From Lingula anatina (Eukaryota; Animalia; Brachiopoda), in assembly GCA_051362555.1 (NCBI GenBank), contig CM120648.1:4894587-4958586 (forward strand): DNA of 64,000 nucleotides, read 5' to 3'. Positions within the stretch are counted from its first letter, which is position 1, and each line of letters opens with the position of its first letter. A program made the position numbers and the translations under genes. Positions 13,901 to 26,100 of this stretch are shown piece after piece. Under the pieces are notes generated by a model. It made no database searches, was not told where the DNA came from, and worked only from the letters and a program-made list of their open reading frames with translations.

Positions 13901-16074
13901 AATCCATAGCACACTGAGCAACAAAATTCACTTTTTATGATTTAATTAATATATAACCCAATAGGCTCATTTAATTTTTGTGCAGAGCATTCATATTTTT
14001 TGCTCAGTGCGTATGCAGTATATATCTGTAGTATTACATCACCCTGCAAAGGAAGGACGTGTCCCAAGGAACGCTTATCACACGGCCTAATAACCCTCCT
14101 GGCAAAAGGAAGAAGATTTAATGAAATCGTACCTCTACCAGTGAAGTTAAGTGCTCTTAACATTACATAGGTTTTCCGGATCAAGGAAATCAAAGAAAGC
14201 GGACAAAAAGAAAGGATTACGGAGAAAATGCTTCCTTGGCCGGCCATTTAGCACTCCAAATATTGACCTTATTTTGCCGCGTTGATAGATATTGAAAATG
14301 CAGTAACAATTAAAGGAGTGAGATTTCTAAGCAAAGGAATATTGCGGAATGGGATAATCTCATTGACTGTATTGCTTAACCACAGTCTCTTTGGTTTCTG
14401 GCGCTTGAGGAGGTGTGTCTGTGTCCGTGTTTTATTTGTTTGTGTGTGTGGGGGGGGGAGGGGGCGGGGAGGAAATGGGGGATGTGTGTGCGTGTGTGTG
14501 TGTGCGTGTGTTTGTGTGCGTGTGTGTGTGTAGTGGGGCTGTGTTTTTATGTGCATGTGAGTGAGCGCATGTTCACGCACATGTGGTGTGTGCACTTTTG
14601 AGAGAATGTGGGGTCCCTTTTATTCACGTTAGACGCTTTTTTTTGTCCAAAGACATTATCTTTAAATAATTTTTAAATCTTTAAAGCCATTGTCCCGCCT
14701 TTCTTGACATATTTTCCTTCTGGAAAAACTTTTAGTTTCTACAAACTAGTGGCGTCTGATGCCTTGTCCATATCTAGGGCACACGTTCATTGTCATCACC
14801 CCCTTGTTTTTCACTGATAACTCTGTACCTCATTCTGTTCTATTTGAATTCCTGTGCTATAGGCGCCCGCGTGGTTTAAACGGGATTTATATAGGATTTC
14901 CAGTGACGTTTGTTATTCGGCGATAAACTACGAAAAATTAAATGGTTTCTTACGTAATACAGAAGAATGAGGCAATATTAATTGTCAAGGTTCATAAGAT
15001 TGTTTTCATCATCTGTTTGAAACGCGACTCTTCGCACACACGCTTCCTCGACGCAACTTTCGCATTTTTTTTTATCTTTATCCGACACACGTCAGTTATT
15101 TGCCCATCAATTTGTAGCTGTGTGGCTTACAATTTATATCCATCTCCGTTAAACACAAACGTATACAACGACCACGAACCGTTAATTAAATCGGACATCT
15201 GATCGTTCCATTTCTATTTATTCTAATATAAATAAAGCTACATGTGTGCAGAGATGCTGATCTCGGGCGTCGCCGTCGTGATCGGCCTCGCATTCCGCAA
15301 CAGATTTAAAAACTAAGTCAGGATTTAAATTAGAAACCCGGCAGCGTCTACGTGACACTGGCATTTATCTTAACATAGGGGTAGATTAAAGATACTTAAC
15401 GTGTTTTTTAAAACGACTGTTGATGTTTGGATAAAGAGATCTTTACACAGGGCTGTCACAGGAGTGACATTTAATGTCATTAAGCAAAGATGCTGGTTGG
15501 AAAACGATCAGGATTTACACAAAATGTGTGTGCTCGTGCGTGTGTTTTTGACACTTCGCTTAAATAACGTTTTAAGGGAAAGGCAAATAAAGCCGATAAC
15601 GATATATTTTCTGCACAGTGACAAGTATTTGCTTTGACCCTCCCTTTAGTAAAATGCTGGTTACACGTGTTAGGAATATGGGGGAAAATAGCGCCGCTAT
15701 TTTTCTGTGTGTAGATTCCGTTCAAAAATGACTTAGGTTAAAATATCTCATTTCAGTCTCACCATCGTAGGGGTTACAAGCACTTTCTAATTTATATAGG
15801 CGAGCCTACTGAACTTTTTTTCAAAACGCACACAGAGAAAAAGCAGGAATCCAGGTTCAAATACGGCATAAAAAAAAAGCAATAACTGGTTTTCTGACAT
15901 GTGACCACCGGAACTATGAAAGCCGTTACATGCTTACCAATGTAATACAGGTGCAGGTGTCAACTATTATGCACATCTTGAGTGTGGAAATTTCAACTTT
16001 TGTTTCTTATTTTGTTAAAACATCTTTGCTAATGTTTTGAAAACGGGACATTTGCAAAGTGGTCGTGAACATGA

Positions 16075-16306
16075 GACTGGGTTCCCATAAACCTATCGTA
16101 CTAGCAGGATCGATCTTACTCCGAGGGGATTCTCGCCAAATTGCATTCAGTTTGAGCAGCTTAAATGTCTGTCACGCCCACTAAAGCTGCTGGGGGGGGG
16201 GGGGGGGGTGTAACTTTCGTGCACGCTTAAACTGATAGCAATTTAGCCAGAAACCACTCGGAGGTAGATCGATCCTGCTAGTACGATAGGGTATTGGAAT
16301 GGTCCC
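16075..16306. mobile_element. MITE, PIF/Harbinger (Tourist)-like family
   Basis: Long inverted termini CCTATCGTACTAGCAGGATCGATC / GATCGATCCTGCTAGTACGATAGG; internal TTAAATGTCTGTCACGCC shared with copies at 18050, 19351, 30113 and 46437. Confidence 0.8.
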
Positions 16307-17213
16307 TATAACATGCGCGTGGTGGTAGAGATGACCATGTCACCACACTAGCTTTCATGGATCCTAGCTTTGATGGGTCAAAAGCCACGGGTTATTTCAC
16401 TAATATAAAAATAACGGAGTTTGTATATTCCATCAATTAAAAAAAACGATTCAGCAATGTCGTGGCATGTTTTATTTGCACTGTATGGTATAGATCTGAG
16501 AGATACGGTCACTAGTTGCAACGCATACTTTGGGCGTGCTGTTGGCAAATTATCAATAAAATTACCCAATGTTAGAATTTATACCTACCAAAGGAGCGCT
16601 GCTTTTAAGCACGTCTAAAATACCCCCGGATCAAACATGTCATTCAACGTTTAAATAACTAGATATGAATAGCGGGCGCGGAAAACAATTGCCATAAAAC
16701 ACGTGCTGTGTTGAAAGCTCTTCTCACCTTATGTGTGAAAATGTGATGTTTTTGTTGACATTTTTGTAAAATGGTTGTGAAACTGGATAGGTCAAAAGTG
16801 AACTTGAAAAGCTCTGACGGTATGCTGACAATGATAATTATAATTACATGTAGTTTGGTGATGATTGAAAAATTTTTACCCTGGAGCTCACGAGGTACAT
16901 GTATAGGCTTATCAGGCTGCTGACAAGTGTGTTGTTGTATACTGATCTTTTCCTCCCAACCTTGGGGAACTTATATATTAACTTCTCTTACTTCGCCCTG
17001 ATGTACAAAAGTGCTTACAATAACGCCGCCTGATCTATCCTTTAGTTGTCGACTTCAGGTGCTGTACCCTGAGAAAACAAGGAAATACTAGGAAACTGAC
17101 CCGACTAAAACCGCCGTCATGTTATGATAGTTGTCAGTATATATCTAATGCTTCTGTACCATTCGTAAGAGCTAATGCTTTAGGCTGGTCTGCTCCCCCC
17201 CCCCCCCCCCCCC

Positions 17214-17263
<50 letters not shown>

Positions 17264-18049
17264 CTGAAAGTTTCAGAGCTAATAGTAGTTAAGGCAACCT
17301 TATGCCCATCATGGTGGGTTCAAGGCAAATGACCCATCAGCTGTCACCCTGCAGATCAAACCGTTGAATCAGCTACGATCACCCTGAAGTTCATGAGGAG
17401 GACAACTGCTCTCATCCGTCATACCGAAAATTTTATAACCTCCATGCCACCCCTGTGAACATCAAAATACTGATAAATATCGCCCTCTCTAGTCTCACAG
17501 GGAATATGGATGTGAGGAAGTAAGGCAGACACAATGTGACAAGTGTTAAGTGGGGTATACGAAATATTTCACTATATATTTAAAGAAAGAAAAAAATATA
17601 CTTCTATTCGGTCAGAGACAACAGTGTGGTATTTGTATTACATTAAATGTCCTTAAATCCCGTTCTTAGAGAATTTTACTCACTGAATTTTCTACGTGTT
17701 CTCTCCTCTGGTACAGGTGAAAATCTCTTCTGATAAACCGTATAAGGTGTGAAGCACTAGACTCTTTAGGATGGCAGTGAACACAATCAACAGTCTCAAC
17801 TAACGCAATGGACACAGTGGTTGAGAAGTCACGGACTTGAACTCAAGGTTTCATACATCTCAACAACTGCAATCTGTGCTGGTCGGGGGGAAGGAAAGAC
17901 AAGTTCCAAGTGTCCATTTCAGTAAAGAGATAAAAAAAAAAACTTGAAATGTGAATTTATAAAACAACAGCGGTATAAAAGAGAGGGTCCACCCTCCATG
18001 AAAGCCATACGGGTCAGGATAAGTGAGATATATGTGGACTAAGATCTAA

Positions 18050-18604
18050 GACCCCATTCCCAGAGATTAGATCGATCCAACTAGATCCACCTAACTCCCT
18101 GGGGGTTCACGCTAAATAGCTGTTAGCCAAGCGGGCACGAAAGTTAAAGCAATAATAACTCTTCGTTTCGGCCAAAAAATGAATTTTCCTGGAGTAAACA
18201 ACAATTTTCCCATACTTATCAATGGTTAATGAATCCATTTTTACATTCAAAGTTAGTCCCTGGTTTTTTTCTAAAAAGTTTGGTTTTTTGTTAAAATCTC
18301 TTAAGAGATTTTAACAGAGTATAGACATCAATGGAGGTAACGTGGTCTAACGACAAGTTCAGATATCAGAATAATAGCTATAACTGCTGTTTTTGCGGAA
18401 AAACAGAATATATTATATTTCTGTGAGTTATTCACAAGGTTTTTATTGTGAAATATAGATCTCATACGAAGAGTTATTATCCCTTTAATTACCCCTTTAC
18501 AGCTTGTAGTAGGCGAGACAGACATTTAAGCCGGATTATCTGACAGTAATCTAGTGAGACTCCCCACGGGGATAGATCGATCTAAAATCTCTGGGAATGC
18601 GCTC
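18050..18604. mobile_element. PIF/Harbinger-like MITE with TAA TSD, interrupted by a nested TTAA-type element
   Basis: TAA|GACCCCATTCCCAGAGATT ... AATCTCTGGGAATGCGCTC|TAA; uninterrupted sister copy at 19351-19575. Confidence 0.85.
18148..18484. mobile_element. Non-autonomous TTAA-targeting DNA transposon (Kolobok-like; TIRs begin AG)
   Basis: TTAA|AGCAATAATAACTCTTCGT ... ACGAAGAGTTATTATCCCT|TTAA (17/19 TIR match); the sister MITE has a single TTAA at 19456-19459; truncated relative at 44748. Confidence 0.85.
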
Positions 18605-18656
18605 TAAGTCGGCAATTACTGTTTAAATAAAAAATCCTTTTAGATGTGTACATAAC

Positions 18657-18662
18657 TTTATT
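18657..18662 (-). promoter_or_regulatory. Candidate polyadenylation signal of the zinc-finger gene
   Basis: AATAAA on the minus strand ~1.6 kb past the stop codon; other candidates exist. Confidence 0.3.
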
Positions 18663-19350
18663 AAATCAATATAACACTTCTGTACAAGACTAACTACAAT
18701 TTCCTGCAATTTCTTGCGTGATCAGGTCACACGCTAAGATAAGCCACTTAATTATATTACAGATCTATTTTATCATTAACACACAAGAGATGAAACAGAA
18801 CTCATTTCAACTCATCATGTTATACTGACTCAATATGTAGTAGCATAAGATCTGGGAACCCAATATAACTTCTTTTAAAAAAGTACTGAGACATATTTAG
18901 TGAAAATAAAAGCTTATATAAAGATCTAATAAAAACAAAAATTTGAATGAATTATGTCTTCAGTCTAAATGTCTCTTTAAATCTTCCTAATGTACTCATT
19001 ACCAAATATGTTAAACCTATGCAAACTATAATAATATACAAGTTTTCATCTTTTTTTAGCTCTTTTTTTAAATGTAATACAAATTGTTCATTAAATCAGA
19101 ACAAAGGTAAAGAATTTATATATACATTTTTCAAAACGGTTTTGTTCATCATCTGTGAGGCATATGACTGAAGTCTGATGAGTAATTTGGGTTCAATGAA
19201 AGAACCATTTTGGTAACTAAAAACAACTTTTCACAAAAAAAGAAATGTAAATGACTGTGGTATTCTTATTATTAATAAGCTAATACCATTGCTGTTTATC
19301 ATCATTACAGTAAATAGAAAAAATAAAAGTGAAATGAAAGTGTTGTCTAA

Positions 19351-19575
19351 GGGTGCATTCCCATAGATTTAGATCGATCCAGAGATTTAGTTTTAGATCG
19401 ACCCAACTCCCTGGGGGTTCACACTAAATTGCAGTCAGCCTAGCGGGCACCATAGTTAATTACCCCCTTACAGCTTGTAGTAGGCGGGACAGACGCTTAA
19501 TCTGGCTAAGCTGACAGTAATCTAGTGAGACTCCCCACAGGGATAGATCGATCTAAAACCTATGGGAATGGGGTC
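19351..19575. mobile_element. PIF/Harbinger-like MITE (complete, TAA TSD)
   Basis: TAA|GGGTGCATTCCCATAGATTTAGATCGATC ... GATCGATCTAAAACCTATGGGAATGGGGTC|TAA. Confidence 0.88.
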
Positions 19576-20233
19576 TAACTATGCCCCTTTTTCAATATGG
19601 CAAACTTTTTGTTTCAATATATTTACCATGCAAAAGTGCCAAATCACTAATCTAACTGCAACCACATATATTTACAGATAATAGATCAATTGATGTAAAG
19701 CAGACAAAACTCTTTTAAAAATTCTTCCAACAACTTCGAAAAAAAAAACGTCTGAAATTCATCTCACTACAAATCACACATCAAATGTAGAAATATGTAC
19801 ACATACATTTCCAACACTTTCTCCCCCTAAAAATTCAATTCTATTTACAAATTCTCAATAACAACAACAACAACAAGGAGCAGTCTTCATTATTATAAAA
19901 ATTTTATCCATGACCACCAAACCCTCAGTCAGTCAGGGAGGGGTACCTCAATGTAATCCTGCAGGACTGAGGCCTGGGTAGTTCACCATTAACCTTATCT
20001 GACCAACTCCCAAAAACTGCATTCACATAAGTTCTAAATTGAACTGCTTTTACTTTTTTTCCAGGTGGGCAAAATCTTCTAAAAAACGCATTCACATTCG
20101 GATTCTTCCTCTCATATCAGTCCATTACCATGAAATGATCCTCACTAGAACATCAATGAAACCAGACTATCAGTCACCCTTATGGTCACTGACTGTCAAG
20201 GTCACTGAGGTTCAAGTTCACAGAGGGTCCAGG

Positions 20234-20314
20234 TCACTGGGGGTCAAGGTGAATCTGAATGATCTGTTGGTCTGGTTGCACGGCAACCTGTGTTGGCTCC
20301 AAAACATCCTGAAC
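20234..20314 (-). CDS. ZnF gene terminal coding exon 14
   Basis: tttcag acceptor, VQDVLEPTQVAVQPDQQIIQIHLDPQ*. Confidence 0.8.
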   Translation of the reverse strand, partial: VQDVLEPTQVAVQPDQQIIQIHLDPQ

Positions 20315-22599
20315 CTGAAAAGTTATCAGATCAAAATCTTCAACATTATATTACTTGGTTTGGTCACTATTGACCTGATGTTCATATATTTCTATTTAAG
20401 CTTTTTTCTTAACCTTCATGAACAAATTAAAACACTTCATTGTTGTAGGAACAAAGTTTGATTTAGTACCTGCAAAGAATTTGAAAACACCGGCAGAAGA
20501 AAAACTAGAAATATCTCCAAATTACACCGATGCCCCACTGTAGGTTTCTACTGTGACATAAACACGCTCACCACATCAAACTAAAAGAACTACTCTCTTT
20601 TTATATCTAATTTGAAGTGCATCAAATTTCTGGTAAATACAAACATACATACATAAGAGCAGCCGCAATCCTTTTTTTCTAACACTTTATTGTTACAGAA
20701 TTATCAGTAACTGCACACTGGTCACGCAAGAAACCTCATGATTTTGATGGTCAATCAATCCATCAATAGTTTGAGAGAAAAAAAAAAAAAATAAATAAAT
20801 AAATAAACCCTACCTGCTGGACCAGCTCCTGTGCCTGTTGCATCACTTCCTGTTGCTGCTGCTGGAGAACTTCCTGTTCCTGTTGCTGCTGTAAGATCTC
20901 ATGCTGCTGCAGGATTTCATGCGCCTCTGTCATGACCTCCTGTGGCTGATGTATCACCATCTCCTGCAGCGCTTGCTCGTCCACTTGTTGTTCGATGATC
21001 TGTGATTGGACAATTTCTGCAGTGGTGGTGGCTCCGTCGCTGCCAGATTTCTTGACGCATACTAGACGTACCTGAGAAGGAAAAATATCGGGAGTTAGTA
21101 TGAAATGATTTTATCTAAGAAAGCACAACAATGACCAATTTTGTGCCTAAAAAAGGATGAAATGCAAAACAAAAGTAAAATCTACACATATCAATCACAC
21201 ACTTACAGTTATGACTTGTCCAACTTTTTTTACAAATGACTCAATTCTGAAAACAAAATCTGTTTGTGCAAAAGGATGTCTTAAAATATTTATACATATA
21301 AAATGAAATGTAAAAGAGAGAGAGAGAGAGAATGGACAATTTCCACAAAGCTGGCAGCGCCCCCTACCTCAGCCCCTGGCTGCAGTGTCACCCCACTCTG
21401 TGAAGCCAGGGCGTAGATGGCCTCAGACAGCTGCTCCAGACTGGTGGGGTCCCCAGCCTCCGCCTGCGACATGAACTGTTGGATCTGTTCCCCAGATATG
21501 GTGCCGATAGGTGTCCCCATGGGGAGCTCAATTCTCTGCTCCATTTTCTTGGGTTCAGTCTGGCGCCGAAGCATGGAGGTCCTGCCGCGAGGTTGTGATG
21601 GCTGGGCCAGTTCTGGCTGGTTGACCACATCTTGAACTGTCAGCTACAACATGAAACATGCTTTTTTTTACTCTGAGGTAAAGGACTGACAAATTTATAA
21701 AGAATATTTAATGTATTTCAACATTGAGCTTGAAACAATCAGATGTGCAAACTTTCTCTTCTTGTTATTTTCAATGAATCCACATCAAAGGTTTTTGTCT
21801 TAACCAATTAGTAAAGTTTTGAAAAAGACTACTTGAACATGTTGGTTTCAGTTTTTTGCTTTTTCACAAATGAAAAGTTTACAAAGAGTGCATGGCTAAG
21901 GAAAGAGTTACCAGAGAATGACAGAGTTGTACAAATGCTTCCCCTATTATTTATCTTTTTCATTTTTTTAAATTCCAAGCCCCCTTTATTATTACAAACT
22001 GATAAACTAAGTTATGAATTGGGCAATAAAGATCAATGAAGAAACCAATGAATATAAAAACCTTTAGGCTCCAGTGTTAAAGTAAAATATATCAATTTAC
22101 CTTGGCATTGTTATGGCAGCAATCTATTTTACAACTACAAAACTAAATATCTGGACTTTTCAACATCATTGCCATATAAGTCACAGTCTACGAGAGAATT
22201 TCAGTGTGAACCCGTCATGGAAATCTCACCTTAGCCGGTTCAATCTCCCACTCGTCCTCCTTCCCAGGGTGCGTGCGCATATGATTGTACAGGTATGTTT
22301 TGCGATTGAAGCTCCTGTCGCACACCTTGCACAGGTAGATCTCATTGTGGATGTCCACGTGATGCACATTCTGCAGGTGCTGGTTCAAGTTGCCAACCTG
22401 CAGAGAGAGAATTCAGGGTTCTTTTGCTTTTTTTTCAATTAAAGTGACCAAAGTTAAGTCATTTAAAATTATCAAGACTGAATAATATTACAAACATATA
22501 TACACACACACCTACCCAGCCCTCCCTCCCCTGTTTTATCTTCTACTAGTCTCTCTCTCCCACCCCCTAAATCTTCTCCACAGTACTATCTCCAACCCC

Positions 22600-22648
<49 letters not shown>

Positions 22649-22653
22649 CAAAA

Positions 22654-22690
<37 letters not shown>

Positions 22691-22697
22691 CAAAACC

Positions 22698-22730
<33 letters not shown>

Positions 22731-22795
22731 CAAAACTCTCTCACTCTCTCTCTCTCTCTCCCAAACCCATCTCTCTCTCTCTCTCCCCAAAACCG

Positions 22796-22827
<32 letters not shown>

Positions 22828-22886
22828 CCCAAAACCGCCTCTCTCTCTCTCTCCCCCCAAAACCGTCTCTCTCTCTCTCCCCAAAA

Positions 22887-22939
<53 letters not shown>

Positions 22940-22999
22940 AAACCCATCTCTCTCTCTCTCTCTCTCCCCAAAACCGTCTCTCTCTCTCTCCCCAAAACC

Positions 23000-23044
<45 letters not shown>

Positions 23045-23101
23045 AAACCCATCTCTCTCTCTCTCCCAAACCCATCTCTCTCTCTCTCTCTCTCCCCAAA
23101 A

Positions 23102-23174
<73 letters not shown>

Positions 23175-26100
23175 CACCCACCTGACTGAAGATCTTGTTG
23201 CATACAGGACACTGCACCTTCTTCACAGACTCTGGATTGTGGATCAGGCGGATGTGGCGCTGGAGATTGTGGTGGTCATTACACACCCGGTCACACTGCG
23301 GGCACTTGAAGCTGGAATAAAATTATTGAAAACTTATGGACCATTTTGCCAGTCAGAATCTGAAAAACTTGCCAATTTGAAAATGCCCATCATTTACCTT
23401 CATTTTCTGAGGCAGGTACAAGATGGAGTTGATCTCAAATGATGTTTAGAGTGTTTAGTAACATAAACAGTGAGGATTTGGTGAGCAAAGGAAAAAATGT
23501 AAATCTTAAGACCTGTGGAAGCTATGTAAAAACTACAAAATGACATATCCCCTATTCAACAATGAAGCAAAATTAATAAACTAAACATTTTTCATGAAAT
23601 ATTTACTGAAAAACTCAAACCTAAATTAACCAACACTTGTTAACTCACCTTGGCGTGGTCTCGTCATGCATAACCTGAATATGACGTTTAAGGATCTTCC
23701 CCGAGCTGACATACTTGTTACAAATGTGGCACTGGAACTTGCTCTGGAAGGTATGGTAGATCTTCTTGTGGTCAGTGAGACTGCCCCTGTCCTTGTACTC
23801 CCGGCCACACTTGTCACACTTGAAGCGACGGTCAGTGTGGACCTTCATGATGTGGTTCTTGAGCAGGTCCTCACGCTTGTATATCTGAGCGAAAAAACAA
23901 GAAATATAGGAATATATATATACTTCTTTGTTTGACTGTTACATGTCAAGATAATTACTTGGTCTACAGGTCCCGACTTCTATATTCTGATTTTTTTCTA
24001 TTATTTTCCCAACTGAGGACATTTCTGCTTCAAGTCCCATTAGGTCTGGACTATTAGCTTGTTTATTAATTCATGAACTACAATTGACAATACAATTGGA
24101 CATTTTATCATTGGATATTTTTTTCATTGAAAGCAAGTGCTGCCCTCTAGTGACCATACCTTCCCGCACTCCTCGCATGCATGCTTCATGTCGTGTTCTT
24201 TGTGCTGGTGTTCCAGGTGTTCCTTCAGGTAGGAGCTGTTATGTAATATCTTACCACACAGAGGGCACTGCTTCTTCACAAACTGACTTGTTTCTTTGAA
24301 ATGTTTCTGAATAAAAAACATAATTTTAATCAATGCCCATTAAGATGTGATGGCCAAATATCCAACCCCTTCCAAATTTGTGAAAAAATATTCCAAGCAT
24401 TCTGTTAAATAATATAACAGAGGTTTCTGTGAGATTTGTTTTTATACATGTAATTTGTTTCTAGACTTTAAAACCTCATACATGTTCTTTTCCAAACATA
24501 AAACAAGTTAGCAATTAGGAAAAGGTACTGAAAGTGCAATCAAAGACTGCTTGTTGAAATAAAATCTGAAAATAAATCACCCGCTTTTCCTTGAATCCAC
24601 CTACCTGGAAGTCCTCATGTCCCCTGTGTTTCTTGGTGAGGTGATAAAAGAGTGCAGAGCCACTCTTACACTCCTCAGAACATATGGGGCAAGGTCTGGG
24701 GTCCCCCTGGGGCTCATCAAGCTCACTGAGTCTTTTCCTGGCTACTTTCCTCTTTCTTCTGTAACGCAGGACTCTCTTTTCACCGTTCTCGTCTGAAGTG
24801 GGAATTAATGCATCTACATGAGCATTAAAAGGGCTTAGGCATTTGAAATATGAAAATAAGGTAACTGTAATTTCTCAAACGAAATTTGAAAACTAATGAT
24901 ATGTTATGGTACAACTTTCTGATTCTATAGTTTAAGAAACTTAAAATAATGAACACTGTGAAGAAAAAAGTCACATTGTTAAAAATAAATATAATAAATA
25001 CATAAATTAAAATCATATAAAAATAAATAATAATAAATCAATAAAATCCTCATTTTTTACATATGGCACCTAATATTTATTTTGACCACTTTCAGTCATA
25101 AGTAGTTAAAAAAAAAATTTTATCATACTAGTCTTAATCTCAGCTTTGACAAACCTTCCTCATCAATCTCATCCTCATCCTCTTCCTCCTCCTCCAATCC
25201 TTCTAGATCCTCCTCAGCCTTCATCACATCCGACTTCCTCGGCCGTCCTCTTCCTCGTCCTCTCCCTCTCTTGGCAGCGGGTGGAGTGAAGTCTTCAGTG
25301 TCATCAGCATCCACCTCCTCCCCGCTGGAGTATTCCAGGTAGCGCCAGTTTCTCAGGACCTGGCGCCCGCGGCTTGACCGACGTCCACCTGCAGACTTCT
25401 TCTTGGACACTCTGCGACTTCTTCGACGGTTGGCTGCAGGAATCAGAAATAATTGCCTAGTTGCTTTGTGTTATTATACAGTACTTTTTCATGTTTTTTC
25501 ATGAGTAAAATAACAGACAACTACTGAAATTGTTCTTTCAAACAAATCATCTCTCTGATTACAAATACCTTCTTGAAAGAATGATTTTCTAAATTAATCT
25601 AAAAAGGTTGCAAATGCACAAATGTCTTCTGAATTCTTGTTATATACACATAATATTATGTATCTATGTATAGAGTGGTAAGCCCTGCTACACTTGGAGA
25701 TATAATATTAAATAGAGAGAGAGATGATAACCTACCCCCCCCCCCCAGGTCTCTCTCCTGTACATGATCCTGTGCAAAGTGGATGAGAGCTCTGCTACAC
25801 TTAGAGATATAATATTATATATAGAGAGATGATAACCTACCCCCCAGGTCCCCCTCCTGAACATGATCCTGTACAAAGTGGATGAGAGCTCTGCTACACT
25901 TGGAGATATAATATTATATATAGAGAGATGATAACCTACCCCCCAGGTCTCCCTCCTGTACATGATCCTGTACAAAGTGGATGAGAGCTCTGCTACATTT
26001 GGAGATGAACCCACACAAACTGCACTCTATCCTCTCACTGCTGTGAACATCTGAGGCTATCATCATCAACTGAAATATGAAGACATATATGATTTAATGG

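Noticed and set aside
2432-15725. Assorted 60-115 aa ORFs in the first 16 kb
   Set aside because: No recognisable domains and no consistent splice chain; many run through (CT)n, (GT)n or homopolymer tracts
19175-19206. CTGATGA..GAAA as a hammerhead ribozyme (a similar CTGATGA occurs at 37215)
   Set aside because: No viable stem II here, and no GAAA after the short hairpin at 37215
22536-23177. Long ERER/WGER ORFs (213 and 181 aa)
   Set aside because: They are translations of the intronic (GA)n compound repeat; only 23311-23182 is exonic
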